Origin: Fervidobacterium sp.
Lineage (GTDB): Bacteria > Thermotogota > Thermotogae > Thermotogales > Fervidobacteriaceae
DNA: 64,000 nucleotides
Direction of reading: 5' to 3'
Assembly (NCBI GenBank): GCA_049970055.1
Contig: JBMFNR010000002.1
Span: forward strand, 308,406 to 372,405
Both the position numbers and the translations under genes were made by a program. Positions 29,622-38,587 of this stretch are shown here, one piece after another. The notes under the pieces were generated by a model. That model made no database searches. It had not been told where the DNA came from and saw only the letters and a program-made list of their open reading frames with translations. The first letter of the stretch is position 1. Every line of letters starts with the position of its first letter.

Positions 29622-30322
29622 ATAACGTAGATAAAGAACTGCCCTAAGCTAGCTATAAGCAATCCGTACGTTGGAAGATCCGAACGAAGGAATTTGAATT
29701 CCTCCACCTTGAAACTTCTTGCAAAAAAGATTAAGAAGAAAATCATTGTAAAAAAGTTGTTATAAAACGCGATGACGTTGTCAGAGACTGGATTTTTTCG
29801 ATGTGTTTGTATGCTCTTTATAACAAAAGCATTTACAGAAATGAAGAACGCACTGAGTAAAAAGAACATATCCGGTAAATTTAATGAAAGGCCAGAAAAA
29901 TCTATGCCCGAGACGAAGAATACACCAACTAACATTGTGATTGTTAGTATGAAATCCGTGAAAGAAAGTTTTTCGCCTAATATTACGGAAATTAAATTTG
30001 AAAATATTACGTCGGACCTAAGTAGTATCGCACCTTTTGACGCAGTAGAAAACTTGAAACCTAAGAATGCGGTATAGTCTAAAAGAAAACCAAAAAAACC
30101 TATTAGTAAAAGCTTCAGAAAAACATATTTTGTTTTAAAAAGGCTATCTATCTCCTTTCTTATTACCATATATATTGTCATAGTAATCAAAACAACAAAA
30201 CGAATAAAAACACCAGTAAACACTACTGAATATTTTGAAAGAGCTAATTTGTTCGCAATGTAGTAGCTTCCCCATACTGTAACCAACAAAATCAAACTTC
30301 CGTACTTGCTTTGTTGCATCAA
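29588..30322 (-). pseudogene. DMT/EamA family transporter, C-terminally truncated
   Basis: EamA pattern (VWGSYY, RF, STASKGAIL, LGEKL); 244 aa, second repeat breaks off after GQFFIYV and ends in a non-TM tail. Confidence 0.7.
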
Positions 30323-31752
30323 ATCAATTCCTTTTTCAGTTCTTCAAGTTCATTTTCATCAAACTCTTTATTTTGCCTCTTTGCTTCGAGTAAACTCACA
30401 AGTTCGCTATGGACTTTTGGAACAAGTGGGTATATAAGTGCAGCGTAGATTCCAAATGTAAGAAGAATTATAGGTCCAAATGCTAATATGATTCTGATTG
30501 CCATTATTACAATTTGCGGTTGTTGAGGAATCTCATTTCCTTTTGGATTGACATAGCCAAGCATTCCGAGTATCAACAATATTAGAGCTTGAATGACTGC
30601 CGAAGCTACTTTCCTTAGGAATGTGGCAATTGAGCTTAAATTACCTTCCCTTCGCTCCCCAAATTTCAGCTCTCCTACGTCTGTTACATCACCAAGCATA
30701 GTATGAGGCATCACCGCTACTGCAGAAACACCTGCACCAATGATTGCCGCAAAGATAAGTAAAACAGTTGAAGGCCACTGAGGTATCATTATTAGAGTTA
30801 AAATCCCACCAATTGCCCATATAATCGCTCCAATAATGTATGAAAAATTCTTTGATCTTTTTCTTGCTATGTACGCATAAACGGGAATAAAGATGATTTC
30901 AGTTATAAGTAACACACCAAGTACGGCAGATACAAAAAATGGTTTCCCGATGTAATACTTCATATAGTATGGAAATATAACAGAAACCGTATCTATGGCA
31001 AGGTAGGCAAAAAGGAACATCATTAAATACAGCCTGAATGTCTTAATTTTGAGTGGTTTTATGATAAGCTCTTTGAAATTCAATTTAGTTGTTGCTGGTT
31101 TGAAGTTACGCTCTTTTGTGAATGCAAAAACTCCAAGGTAAGGTAAAGAAAAGAATAAACCGAATAAAACTGCCATGATCAAGTAGCCTTTTTTCACATT
31201 GCCAGCAGCTTTAACAATCATCATAGGTAGAACTGCACACAATAGTGATGACAAAAGTGAAAAAATAAGCCTTATTGAGTTAATTTCTGTTCTCTCATGG
31301 TAATCCAACGTTATTTCTGCACTGAGAGCGGTGTAAGGAATAACCACAATGGTAACGACCGTATTTAAGAAAACGTATGAAAATAGAGCATACAAAAATC
31401 TTGCAAATACACTTTCAAATGAGGTGGGATACCAAACCATTATGAAGGACAAAAAAATTAATGGTACACCGGCAAGAAAATATGGTCTTCTCCTACCAAA
31501 ACGAGATTTTGTTCTATCGCTTATGTATCCCATGATTGGATCTGTTATAGCATCCCAGATCTTACCAACCAAGAATATTACCGATGCATACTGTGGTGGT
31601 ATCTTAACAACATCTGTTAGGAAGATAGCATAGAAGAAGTTTATAATGTTAAAAACCCCACCACCGTAAACATCGCCAAAACCGAAGAAAAACTTTGTCA
31701 AAAAAGTTACTTTATCATTGCTTTGGTTGCTTTTTTCATATGTTTTACTCAT
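30319..31752 (-). CDS. GPH family (MelB-like) MFS sugar:cation symporter
   Basis: WDAITDPIMGYISDRTKSRFGRRRPY, IPYTALSAEIT..ERT, GERREG. Confidence 0.93.
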   Translation of the reverse strand: MSKTYEKSNQSNDKVTFLTKFFFGFGDVYGGGVFNIINFFYAIFLTDVVKIPPQYASVIFLVGKIWDAITDPIMGYISDRTKSRFGRRRPYFLAGVPLIFLSFIMVWYPTSFESVFARFLYALFSYVFLNTVVTIVVIPYTALSAEITLDYHERTEINSIRLIFSLLSSLLCAVLPMMIVKAAGNVKKGYLIMAVLFGLFFSLPYLGVFAFTKERNFKPATTKLNFKELIIKPLKIKTFRLYLMMFLFAYLAIDTVSVIFPYYMKYYIGKPFFVSAVLGVLLITEIIFIPVYAYIARKRSKNFSYIIGAIIWAIGGILTLIMIPQWPSTVLLIFAAIIGAGVSAVAVMPHTMLGDVTDVGELKFGERREGNLSSIATFLRKVASAVIQALILLILGMLGYVNPKGNEIPQQPQIVIMAIRIILAFGPIILLTFGIYAALIYPLVPKVHSELVSLLEAKRQNKEFDENELEELKKELI

Positions 31753-32579
31753 CCCTTAATCCCCCCTGCGGATAACCCTTTAATTATGTATTTTTGTAAT
31801 GCAAGAGTAATTACAAACACAGGAAGAAGCATTATAGTTCCGGCTGCTGATAATTGTCCCCACTTTGGTGCGTACTGTCCTAATAATCCATTCACCGCAA
31901 CGGGTGCGGTACGCGCGTTTACTGAAGACAGTATCAAAGCGTATAAAAATTCGTTCCACGATGTGAGAAAAGAAAATATTGCAGCGACAACAAGTCCTGG
32001 TGCAACAAGTGGTAGAAAAACCATCCAAAAGATTCTAGCCTCTGTTGCACCGTCTATTCTTGCGGCTTCTTCATAATCCTTCGGTATTGCAGCAAAAAAA
32101 GGTAATAAAAGCCATATTACATAAGGTAAGTTGAAACTTATGTGAGCAAGAGTAACACCGGTCAATGTATCTTTTAAGTTCAACGTACTGAACAACATGA
32201 ATAAAGGTATTACGAGTGATATTTGTGGAATCATTCTAAATGTTAGAAATGAATATGCAATGAATTCTTTTACTTTGGAAGAATAACGTGTAATACCGTA
32301 CGAAGCCATTGAACCGACGATAACAGAAACCAAAGTAGAAAGGCTTGCGATAGTGACACTATTTTTGATGCTTTTTAAAAATTCTTTATTTGACAAAACT
32401 GCTTTATAACTATCAAATGTTAGTTTAAAATACAATGGTCCGCGAGCCCAGATATCTATATCCCTCTTGAATCCACTTGTTATAACAATAAATATTGGCA
32501 TTAATTCGACCAACAACACGATAATGCTTGTTAGTACTATAAGAAAAGGAATTAGTCTTTTTTTGCCCATCTTGCTCAT
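31749..32579 (-). CDS. Carbohydrate ABC transporter permease (MalG-like)
   Basis: IPKDYEEAARIDGA, FLTSWNEFLYA. Confidence 0.95.
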   Translation of the reverse strand: MSKMGKKRLIPFLIVLTSIIVLLVELMPIFIVITSGFKRDIDIWARGPLYFKLTFDSYKAVLSNKEFLKSIKNSVTIASLSTLVSVIVGSMASYGITRYSSKVKEFIAYSFLTFRMIPQISLVIPLFMLFSTLNLKDTLTGVTLAHISFNLPYVIWLLLPFFAAIPKDYEEAARIDGATEARIFWMVFLPLVAPGLVVAAIFSFLTSWNEFLYALILSSVNARTAPVAVNGLLGQYAPKWGQLSAAGTIMLLPVFVITLALQKYIIKGLSAGGIKG

Positions 32580-33487
32580 CCTTTTTCACTCTCAAATTGG
32601 ACATTCCCACGAACAACAAAGAACGCTATAAACAAAGCAATAATAAGTAAAACAACGCCCATTGCTGCTGCGTAACCTATATTGAAAAACTCAAATGCGT
32701 GCTTATTTATGTAAAGCGAAAGCAAAAGTGTAGAGTTTCCGGGACCACCGCCAGTCATTACGTAAACTTCTGAAAATATTCTCAGTGCGTCTATAAGTCT
32801 TAGTAAAAAAGCTGTTGCTATGGTTGGTCGGAGATACGGGAGAATAATTTTAAACACCTTCGACCAAAAACCAGCTCCGTCTATTTGTGCCGCTTCAAGT
32901 GCTTCTTTTGGTAACCCAGAAAGTCCCGCGTATATAAACATGAACATGAAAGGCCACATACGCCAAATATCCTGAACTATAACCATACCATATGCAAATT
33001 TTGGTTCTGCAAGCCAGGCTTTCATTCCATATCCCATTTTTTCAAGCAAAAAACTAATCATCCCATACTCAGGTTGTAACATCATTCGCCACGTGAGACC
33101 AGAAATAACTGGCAATATAAAGACAGGTAACAACAGCAATGCTCTGGCCGTGGAATAAAACCCGCCTTCACGATTTAAAAGTAGTGCAACGGAAAAGCCT
33201 ATTATAGTTTCAATAGGAAGAGCTATAACTATAAAACCCAACTGAAGCCACAACGAATGAATGAATTCGTTATCTTTGAAAAGGTTTTTGTAATTGTCAA
33301 AAAGTACGAATCGTCTTCCTTCCTTGTTGAAAAGGTTCCAATCAAAAGTAGACATATAAATTGCGTAAAATACTGGATATACAAGTATCGCAAAAATTAA
33401 GATCAGTGCAGGTAAGACAAATAGCCAAAAGGGGCGACTCGCGCCCCATGATTTTTTCTTAGTACCCGCTTGCTTTGAGTAGAGCAT
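32576..33487 (-). CDS. Carbohydrate ABC transporter permease (MalF-like)
   Basis: EAAQIDGA, VYVMTGGGPG, GYAAAMG. Confidence 0.95.
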   Translation of the reverse strand: MLYSKQAGTKKKSWGASRPFWLFVLPALILIFAILVYPVFYAIYMSTFDWNLFNKEGRRFVLFDNYKNLFKDNEFIHSLWLQLGFIVIALPIETIIGFSVALLLNREGGFYSTARALLLLPVFILPVISGLTWRMMLQPEYGMISFLLEKMGYGMKAWLAEPKFAYGMVIVQDIWRMWPFMFMFIYAGLSGLPKEALEAAQIDGAGFWSKVFKIILPYLRPTIATAFLLRLIDALRIFSEVYVMTGGGPGNSTLLLSLYINKHAFEFFNIGYAAAMGVVLLIIALFIAFFVVRGNVQFESEKG

Positions 33488-34739
33488 TTAATTCCTCCTT
33501 CATCTTTTTAACGGCATCTTCTGGACTCATTTTGTCAGAAATTGCAGCAAGCCAGTAATTTCTAATTATTTGAGAAGCTTCAGGATATTTTCCAAACCTT
33601 GGTCTTGTCACAGCTCCTTTCATTGATTCAAAAATAGCTTTAAACCAAGGTCTGTTTTTGTTTATATTTGGGTTGAGCAAAAGATCGCTTCTTGCCGGTG
33701 TAAATCCTTTTGGAACGAGTTTCTGACCTGTTTCCAATGAGGCCCACCAGTAAGCAAATTCAACAGCAGCTGCTTTATTCTTGGAGGCGTTTGGTATAGC
33801 TAATACCCAACAACCCCTTATCGCAGCTGGTTTTGCAGGACCTGCTGGAGGTGCTGAATAAACTATCTTACCTGCAACAAGTGAGGCGTTTGGATCTTCA
33901 TGTTGAGGAACCAGTGCTGGCCACTGGAACATTGTAAAAACCTTGCCTTGGTTAAATGCAGCTATTCTTTCAGAATGCCCCATGTCGAGAGCACCCGGAG
34001 GCGCAAACTTAAGCAATTCTTTGTAGAAATTTATCGCCTCAACTGCTTTCTTATCGTCAAGCGCAACTACGACCTTGTTGTTGACTACGTCAAGAGGTCT
34101 TGTCCCGAACGATTCAAACATGAAAATTGCTTCTGCCGTTGAACCTTCTGTTTGTTTTGTGAAAGGCGCGAATCCGTATATGCCCTTTGAAGAGAAAAAT
34201 TCTGCCATATCACGCAGTTCTTTGAATGTTTTTGGTACATCCAAGTCATAACCGTATTTTGCTTTAAAATCGCTTTTGTTTTTTGGATCGTTGATGAGAT
34301 CTTTTCTGGTGATCCAAATATATACATTTGCGTTCACCGGCATTCCAACAAAAACCCCCAGCCACTGCGCTGCTTCGAAAGCATTAGGTGCAAATATGTT
34401 CAAATTCGGCTTTTTGTACACTTTACCGTATGGCCATTCATTGAATGGGGTCATCAAATGCGCCAGTGCTGGAATAAAAGGTTCATCAACAGTTACTAAG
34501 TCATAATCTGTTTTGTCTACTGTTACACTTACACCTATCTTTTGTAGCAAGTTACCTGACGGAATAAGTTCTAGTATAACTTTAATGCCTGTTGCTTTTT
34601 CAAAATCCGGCAGACCTTCTTTAAGAGCTTGTGTTAAAGCATCGTCCCAGGCAAGAACTTTGATAGTTGTATTGTACGTTGCTCCTAGAAGAAAGCTCAT
34701 CAAAAAACTTACCAACAACAAGAAAACTACTCTTTTCAT
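33459..34739 (-). CDS. Carbohydrate ABC transporter substrate-binding protein
   Basis: Signal peptide; FEKATGIKV, FNQGK, GCWVLAIPNASKNK; RBS AAGGGGGG. Confidence 0.92.
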   Translation of the reverse strand: MKRVVFLLLVSFLMSFLLGATYNTTIKVLAWDDALTQALKEGLPDFEKATGIKVILELIPSGNLLQKIGVSVTVDKTDYDLVTVDEPFIPALAHLMTPFNEWPYGKVYKKPNLNIFAPNAFEAAQWLGVFVGMPVNANVYIWITRKDLINDPKNKSDFKAKYGYDLDVPKTFKELRDMAEFFSSKGIYGFAPFTKQTEGSTAEAIFMFESFGTRPLDVVNNKVVVALDDKKAVEAINFYKELLKFAPPGALDMGHSERIAAFNQGKVFTMFQWPALVPQHEDPNASLVAGKIVYSAPPAGPAKPAAIRGCWVLAIPNASKNKAAAVEFAYWWASLETGQKLVPKGFTPARSDLLLNPNINKNRPWFKAIFESMKGAVTRPRFGKYPEASQIIRNYWLAAISDKMSPEDAVKKMKEELNALLKASGY

Positions 34740-34774
34740 AACAGTCCCCCCTTAAAAAATTGGTTACCACAACA

Positions 34775-34792
34775 TGTGGTAACGTTAACACA
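34775..34792. promoter_or_regulatory. LacI-type operator O1
   Basis: TGTGGTAACGTTAACACA, near-palindrome with central AACGTT. Confidence 0.7.
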
Positions 34793-34910
34793 ATTTAATC
34801 ATACTAATGTACCAAAAACAAAATACCTTTTTTGGAACAAATTAGCCGATTTTGCTAAATATTCGCGGATGTATGATAATTTTCTTAATTTCCTGTTATT
34901 ATCTGCGAAT

Positions 34911-34930
34911 ATATGATAACGTTATCATAT
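34911..34930. promoter_or_regulatory. LacI-type operator O2
   Basis: Perfect 20-bp palindrome ATATGATAACGTTATCATAT. Confidence 0.75.
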
Positions 34931-35031
34931 GATTTTCAATTGATTTTCGATAAGAAATAAGGAGGATAAACACGATAATCTGTGTTATAATAAAATTATA
35001 AGAGCGAATCAAGCAGTAAAGGGGGATAAAA

Positions 35032-35871
35032 ATGAGGTTGTTCGCTATATTCAGTAAAATATTCGGTAAAAAGTCACGTGTTCAAGCAGCACGAGATGCT
35101 TTTCTTAAAGAAGATTTTGAGACACATAAAAGCCTACATTCACCAGACAAGATAGGTAATGAGCCGTGGCACAAAACGGAACAAGGGAAATACATTGGTC
35201 AGGCAGTTTACGGAGCAAGTGATGGTATAGTTACGACATTTGCTGCTATTTCTGGTGTTGCAGGAGCAAATCTGAACCCAAAGATAGCGCTTATCGTTGG
35301 GTTAGCTAATCTTTTTGCGGATGGCATTTCGATGGCCATTGGTGATTATCTTTCTGAGAAATCAGAAAAGGATTACATCGCAGCCGAAAAACAAAGGGAA
35401 CTATGGGAAGTTGAGCATATGCCAGAGGCAGAGAAACTCGAAGTTAAAGAAATTTATAAGAGGAAAGGTTTAAGTGGTGAGACACTCGATAACCTTGTCG
35501 ATGCCATTACAAGTAACAAAGAATTGTGGGTAGATACTATGCTCCACGAAGAGCTTGGATTGTTCGAAGATGAATCTTCACCTTTAAAAAGTGCTTTGAT
35601 AACATTTTTAGCATTTGCAATAGCAGGCTTTATGCCATTAATTGCGTATGTGTTTGCCGCTCAATGGGAATTTCTTTATAACAATCAATTCCTCATTTCT
35701 TGTATAATTACAGCTGTAACTTTGTTTGTTGTTGGGGCGTTAAGACAGATTGTAACAGGTGTAAAGTGGTTTATAGGCGGTCTAGAAATGCTATTTATAG
35801 GTGGGCTTTCCGCTGCTGTAGCGTATCTTATAGGCTGGATACTGAAATCGGTATTTAATATAATTGTTTAA
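35032..35871 (+). CDS. VIT1/CCC1 family Fe/Mn transporter
   Basis: VYGASDGIVTTFA, ANLFADGISMAIGDYLS, HEELGL. Confidence 0.92.
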   Translation: MRLFAIFSKIFGKKSRVQAARDAFLKEDFETHKSLHSPDKIGNEPWHKTEQGKYIGQAVYGASDGIVTTFAAISGVAGANLNPKIALIVGLANLFADGISMAIGDYLSEKSEKDYIAAEKQRELWEVEHMPEAEKLEVKEIYKRKGLSGETLDNLVDAITSNKELWVDTMLHEELGLFEDESSPLKSALITFLAFAIAGFMPLIAYVFAAQWEFLYNNQFLISCIITAVTLFVVGALRQIVTGVKWFIGGLEMLFIGGLSAAVAYLIGWILKSVFNIIV

Positions 35872-35885
35872 AAAGGGGATACTGT

Positions 35886-36653
35886 ATGCATTTTACTTTT
35901 ATAGACAAGTTGATTCTATTTCCATTAATTTTTTTAGCCGGTTTTGTAGATTCAATTGCTGGTGGTGGAGGTCTGATTTCCTTGCCAGCGTACCTTTTTA
36001 TCGGTTTACCAGGTCATTATGCGCTTGGAACCAATAAATTATCATCTACAATAGGTACGGTGTTTAGTACATTCAGATATGCTAAGGGAAGAGCTATTGT
36101 CTATTCAGTTGGGTTACCATCAGTTGTTGGTTCACTTTTGGGGTCTTACCTTGGTGCGAAACTTGCATTGCATATTTCGTCTGAGAGATTGAAATTGATA
36201 CTTACGCTACTGATACCTTTGGCAGCTGTATTTGTGTTTTTAGGCAGGGTAAGAGAGAAGAAAAATAATAACAACGTCACGCTTTACAACATCGAAACTT
36301 ATGTAATATCTTTTTTAATAGGTTTATCCGTCGGTACCTACGATGGATTTTTTGGACCAGGAACGGGTACATTTTTGATAATACTGTATGTTTCTATACT
36401 ATCGTTAAACCATGTTTGTGCATCCGGCACGGCAAAGATAGTCAACCTCGCATCTAACATTGGAGCTCTAATAACCTTTATCATTGGAGGAAAAGTGTTG
36501 TACTCACTTGGTCTTCCCGCGGCACTCTTTGGAATACTTGGTAATTGGCTAGGTTCTGGCCTTGCTTTAAAAAAAGGTTCAAAGGTAATAAAACCAATCA
36601 TACTTGCGGTGCTGGTAATATTATTTGTCAAGATTCTTAGCGACATAGTATAA
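35886..36653 (+). CDS. TauE/SafE (TSUP) family transporter
   Basis: AGFVDSIAGGGGLISLP, ALGTNK, YDGFFGPGTGTF. Confidence 0.93.
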   Translation: MHFTFIDKLILFPLIFLAGFVDSIAGGGGLISLPAYLFIGLPGHYALGTNKLSSTIGTVFSTFRYAKGRAIVYSVGLPSVVGSLLGSYLGAKLALHISSERLKLILTLLIPLAAVFVFLGRVREKKNNNNVTLYNIETYVISFLIGLSVGTYDGFFGPGTGTFLIILYVSILSLNHVCASGTAKIVNLASNIGALITFIIGGKVLYSLGLPAALFGILGNWLGSGLALKKGSKVIKPIILAVLVILFVKILSDIV

Positions 36654-36700
36654 TTGTGTAAAGTTATTCAGTGTTTGATTGTACAACTGAGGTGATTTAC

Positions 36701-37189
36701 GTGGCTGATATGCTTGTTAAACTGTACGAAATTCGAAGATATGATGAACTGTTAGAAAAACTGAGACCAGAGGGAATAGAAATCAAGCGCCCTATCGGTC
36801 CGGAAAAATACTTCGTCGTTGAATGGGTTAGAAAACACTTTGGACATCATTGGGCAAGCGAGATGGATATGACATTTTCAAACAAACCTATATCGTCTTT
36901 TATAGCTGTTGATAAGAATAAAGACAATCAAATAATAGGGTTTGCCTGCTACGATGCTACTGTTAGAGGTTTCTTCGGACCAACCGGTGTGGATCCTAAT
37001 TATCGTGGAAAAGGTGTTGGAACTGCTTTACTATTGGAGTGCTTGAACGATATGCTTAATGTAGGGTATGCTTACGCAATCATAGGAGATGCAGGACCAA
37101 CTGAGTATTACAAAAAAACCGTGAATGCGATTGAAATTCCAAGCTCAGAACCAGGTATATACAGGATGATGGTGAGAAAAGTAGAATAA
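36701..37189 (+). CDS. GNAT family N-acetyltransferase
   Basis: GTG 36701 after GAGGTG; FFGPTGVDPNYRGKGVGTALL. Confidence 0.88.
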   Translation: MADMLVKLYEIRRYDELLEKLRPEGIEIKRPIGPEKYFVVEWVRKHFGHHWASEMDMTFSNKPISSFIAVDKNKDNQIIGFACYDATVRGFFGPTGVDPNYRGKGVGTALLLECLNDMLNVGYAYAIIGDAGPTEYYKKTVNAIEIPSSEPGIYRMMVRKVE

Positions 37190-37311
37190 TCTAAAGCTTT
37201 TTAAAAAATTTTCCCGGATATTTTCTCGAATAGTTTCTCAGATAGTCTCTAGAATAGACTTTTTAACTCAATGTTAACCATCTTTTTTCATACATGGTTA
37301 ATATAAAGTAC

Positions 37312-37339
37312 TTGACAAAAAAAATTTCTTTGGTATCAT
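37312..37339 (+). promoter_or_regulatory. Sigma-A promoter of the tRNA-Glu/Val/Phe operon
   Basis: TTGACA-16-TATCAT with TG extension. Confidence 0.7.
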
Positions 37340-37381
37340 TGGTTACGGTTACTGACTTTGTGAAACAAGCCAAATATTAAC

Positions 37382-37457
37382 GCCCCCATCGTCTAGCGGT
37401 CTAGGACACTGGCCTTTCAAGCCAGCGGCACGGGTTCGAATCCCGTTGGGGGCGCCA
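37382..37457 (+). tRNA. tRNA-Glu (TTC)
   Basis: Cloverleaf; anticodon arm CTGGC-CTTTCAA-GCCAG; TTCGAAT; CCA end. Confidence 0.97.
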
Positions 37458-37485
37458 AGTTTTCTAAATACGCGTTGATCAGTGG

Positions 37486-37560
37486 GGGTGCGTAGCTCAG
37501 AGGGAGAGCGTCTGCCTTACGAGCAGAAGGTCGTAGGTTCAAGTCCTGCCGCACCCACCA
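37486..37560 (+). tRNA. tRNA-Val (TAC)
   Basis: TCTGC-CTTACGA-GCAGA; CCA end. Confidence 0.97.
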
Positions 37561-37605
37561 AATAAAAGAAAATAAATAGAAGCGATTAGATAAAAACTTA
37601 CAGGT

Positions 37606-37681
37606 GGCCAGGTAGCTCAGTTGGTAGAGCAGTGGACTGAAAATCCACGTGTCGACGGTTCGATTCCGTCCCTGGCCACCA
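37606..37681 (+). tRNA. tRNA-Phe (GAA)
   Basis: GTGGA-CTGAAAA-TCCAC; CCA end. Confidence 0.97.
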
Positions 37682-37722
37682 GTTTTTATTTTTATCCCTC
37701 ATTGATTCTTTAATAATCCCTG

Positions 37723-37750
37723 TTGAAGTTATAAAATTTTCTGGTATAAT
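37723..37750 (+). promoter_or_regulatory. Promoter of the rpmH operon
   Basis: TTGAAG-16-TATAAT with TG extension. Confidence 0.65.
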
Positions 37751-37829
37751 TCTTCGTAGCTGAGATTTAATTCTAAATGCTTATACATACTAACACATAT
37801 CAATGCATACTAAGAAGGAGGAAAGAGCG

Positions 37830-37964
37830 ATGAAAAGGACATACCAACCATCCCAGAGAAAAAGGAAAAGAACACATGGCTTTCTGGCAAGAAAATCAAC
37901 ACCAGGTGGAAGAAAAGTTCTTAGAAACAGAAGAAGAACAGGAAGATGGAGACTCACCGTTTGA
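37830..37964 (+). CDS. rpmH: 50S ribosomal protein L34 (below the ORF-track length cutoff)
   Basis: [54 protein letters not shown]. Confidence 0.98.
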   Translation: MKRTYQPSQRKRKRTHGFLARKSTPGGRKVLRNRRRTGRWRLTV

Positions 37965-38350
37965 CGCATTGTAGAAACTTCACTTTTAGAAAAAAAGAGC
38001 GCCTGAAACTCAGGAGAAATATAACCCTTTTGTTTAAACTTGGCAACTCAATTCAAAATGAAGATTTCGTTGTGATTTATAGAAAAAATGGACTTGATTA
38101 CAGTAGGATTGCTATTTCTGTAAGAAAGAAGTTCGGAAAAGCGATTCGGAGAAATAAATTAAGAAGATGGGTAAGAGAATGCTTCAGAACGAATAAAGAA
38201 AAAATTGCGAAGGGATACGATTATCTTATCATATCAAGAAAAGGTTTATCCGGAAAGTTTGAAAAGAGTAATTACTGGTCGGTATGTGCTTCATTACTAA
38301 GTGTTTTTGAGAGGATAGTTGATGCGGAAAGTAATATTAGGAATTATTAG
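37946..38350 (+). CDS. rnpA: Ribonuclease P protein component
   Basis: [25 protein letters not shown]; follows rpmH; start may be TTG 37961. Confidence 0.95.
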   Translation: METHRLTHCRNFTFRKKERLKLRRNITLLFKLGNSIQNEDFVVIYRKNGLDYSRIAISVRKKFGKAIRRNKLRRWVRECFRTNKEKIAKGYDYLIISRKGLSGKFEKSNYWSVCASLLSVFERIVDAESNIRNY

Positions 38351-38585
38351 ATTTTACCAAAGGTACATTTCACCACTTAAACCACCAACGTGTAGATTTG
38401 AACCAACATGTTCCACTTACACATATCAGGCAGTGGAACGTTTTGGTGTTTTGAAAGGGTTGCTCCTGGGTTTCTGGCGCGTTCTTCGTTGCAATCCACT
38501 TTCTGAAGGTGGGTACGATCCTGTACCTACCGAGGTTCATATTTTCAAAATCAAAAGCGCAAATAAAAATCTAAGGAGGCGGTAG
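38319..38585 (+). CDS. yidD: Membrane protein insertion efficiency factor
   Basis: [26 protein letters not shown]. Confidence 0.97.
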   Translation: MMRKVILGIIRFYQRYISPLKPPTCRFEPTCSTYTYQAVERFGVLKGLLLGFWRVLRCNPLSEGGYDPVPTEVHIFKIKSANKNLRRR

Positions 38586-38587
38586 TA

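Noticed and set aside
29400..29640. Simple frameshift in the EamA gene
   Set aside because: The alternative frame is hydrophilic and isomerase-like, not the missing TM helices; a deletion fits better
37190..37830. Possible oriC next to rpmH
   Set aside because: No dnaA gene here, no clustered DnaA boxes recognised, and the space is occupied by tRNAs and promoters
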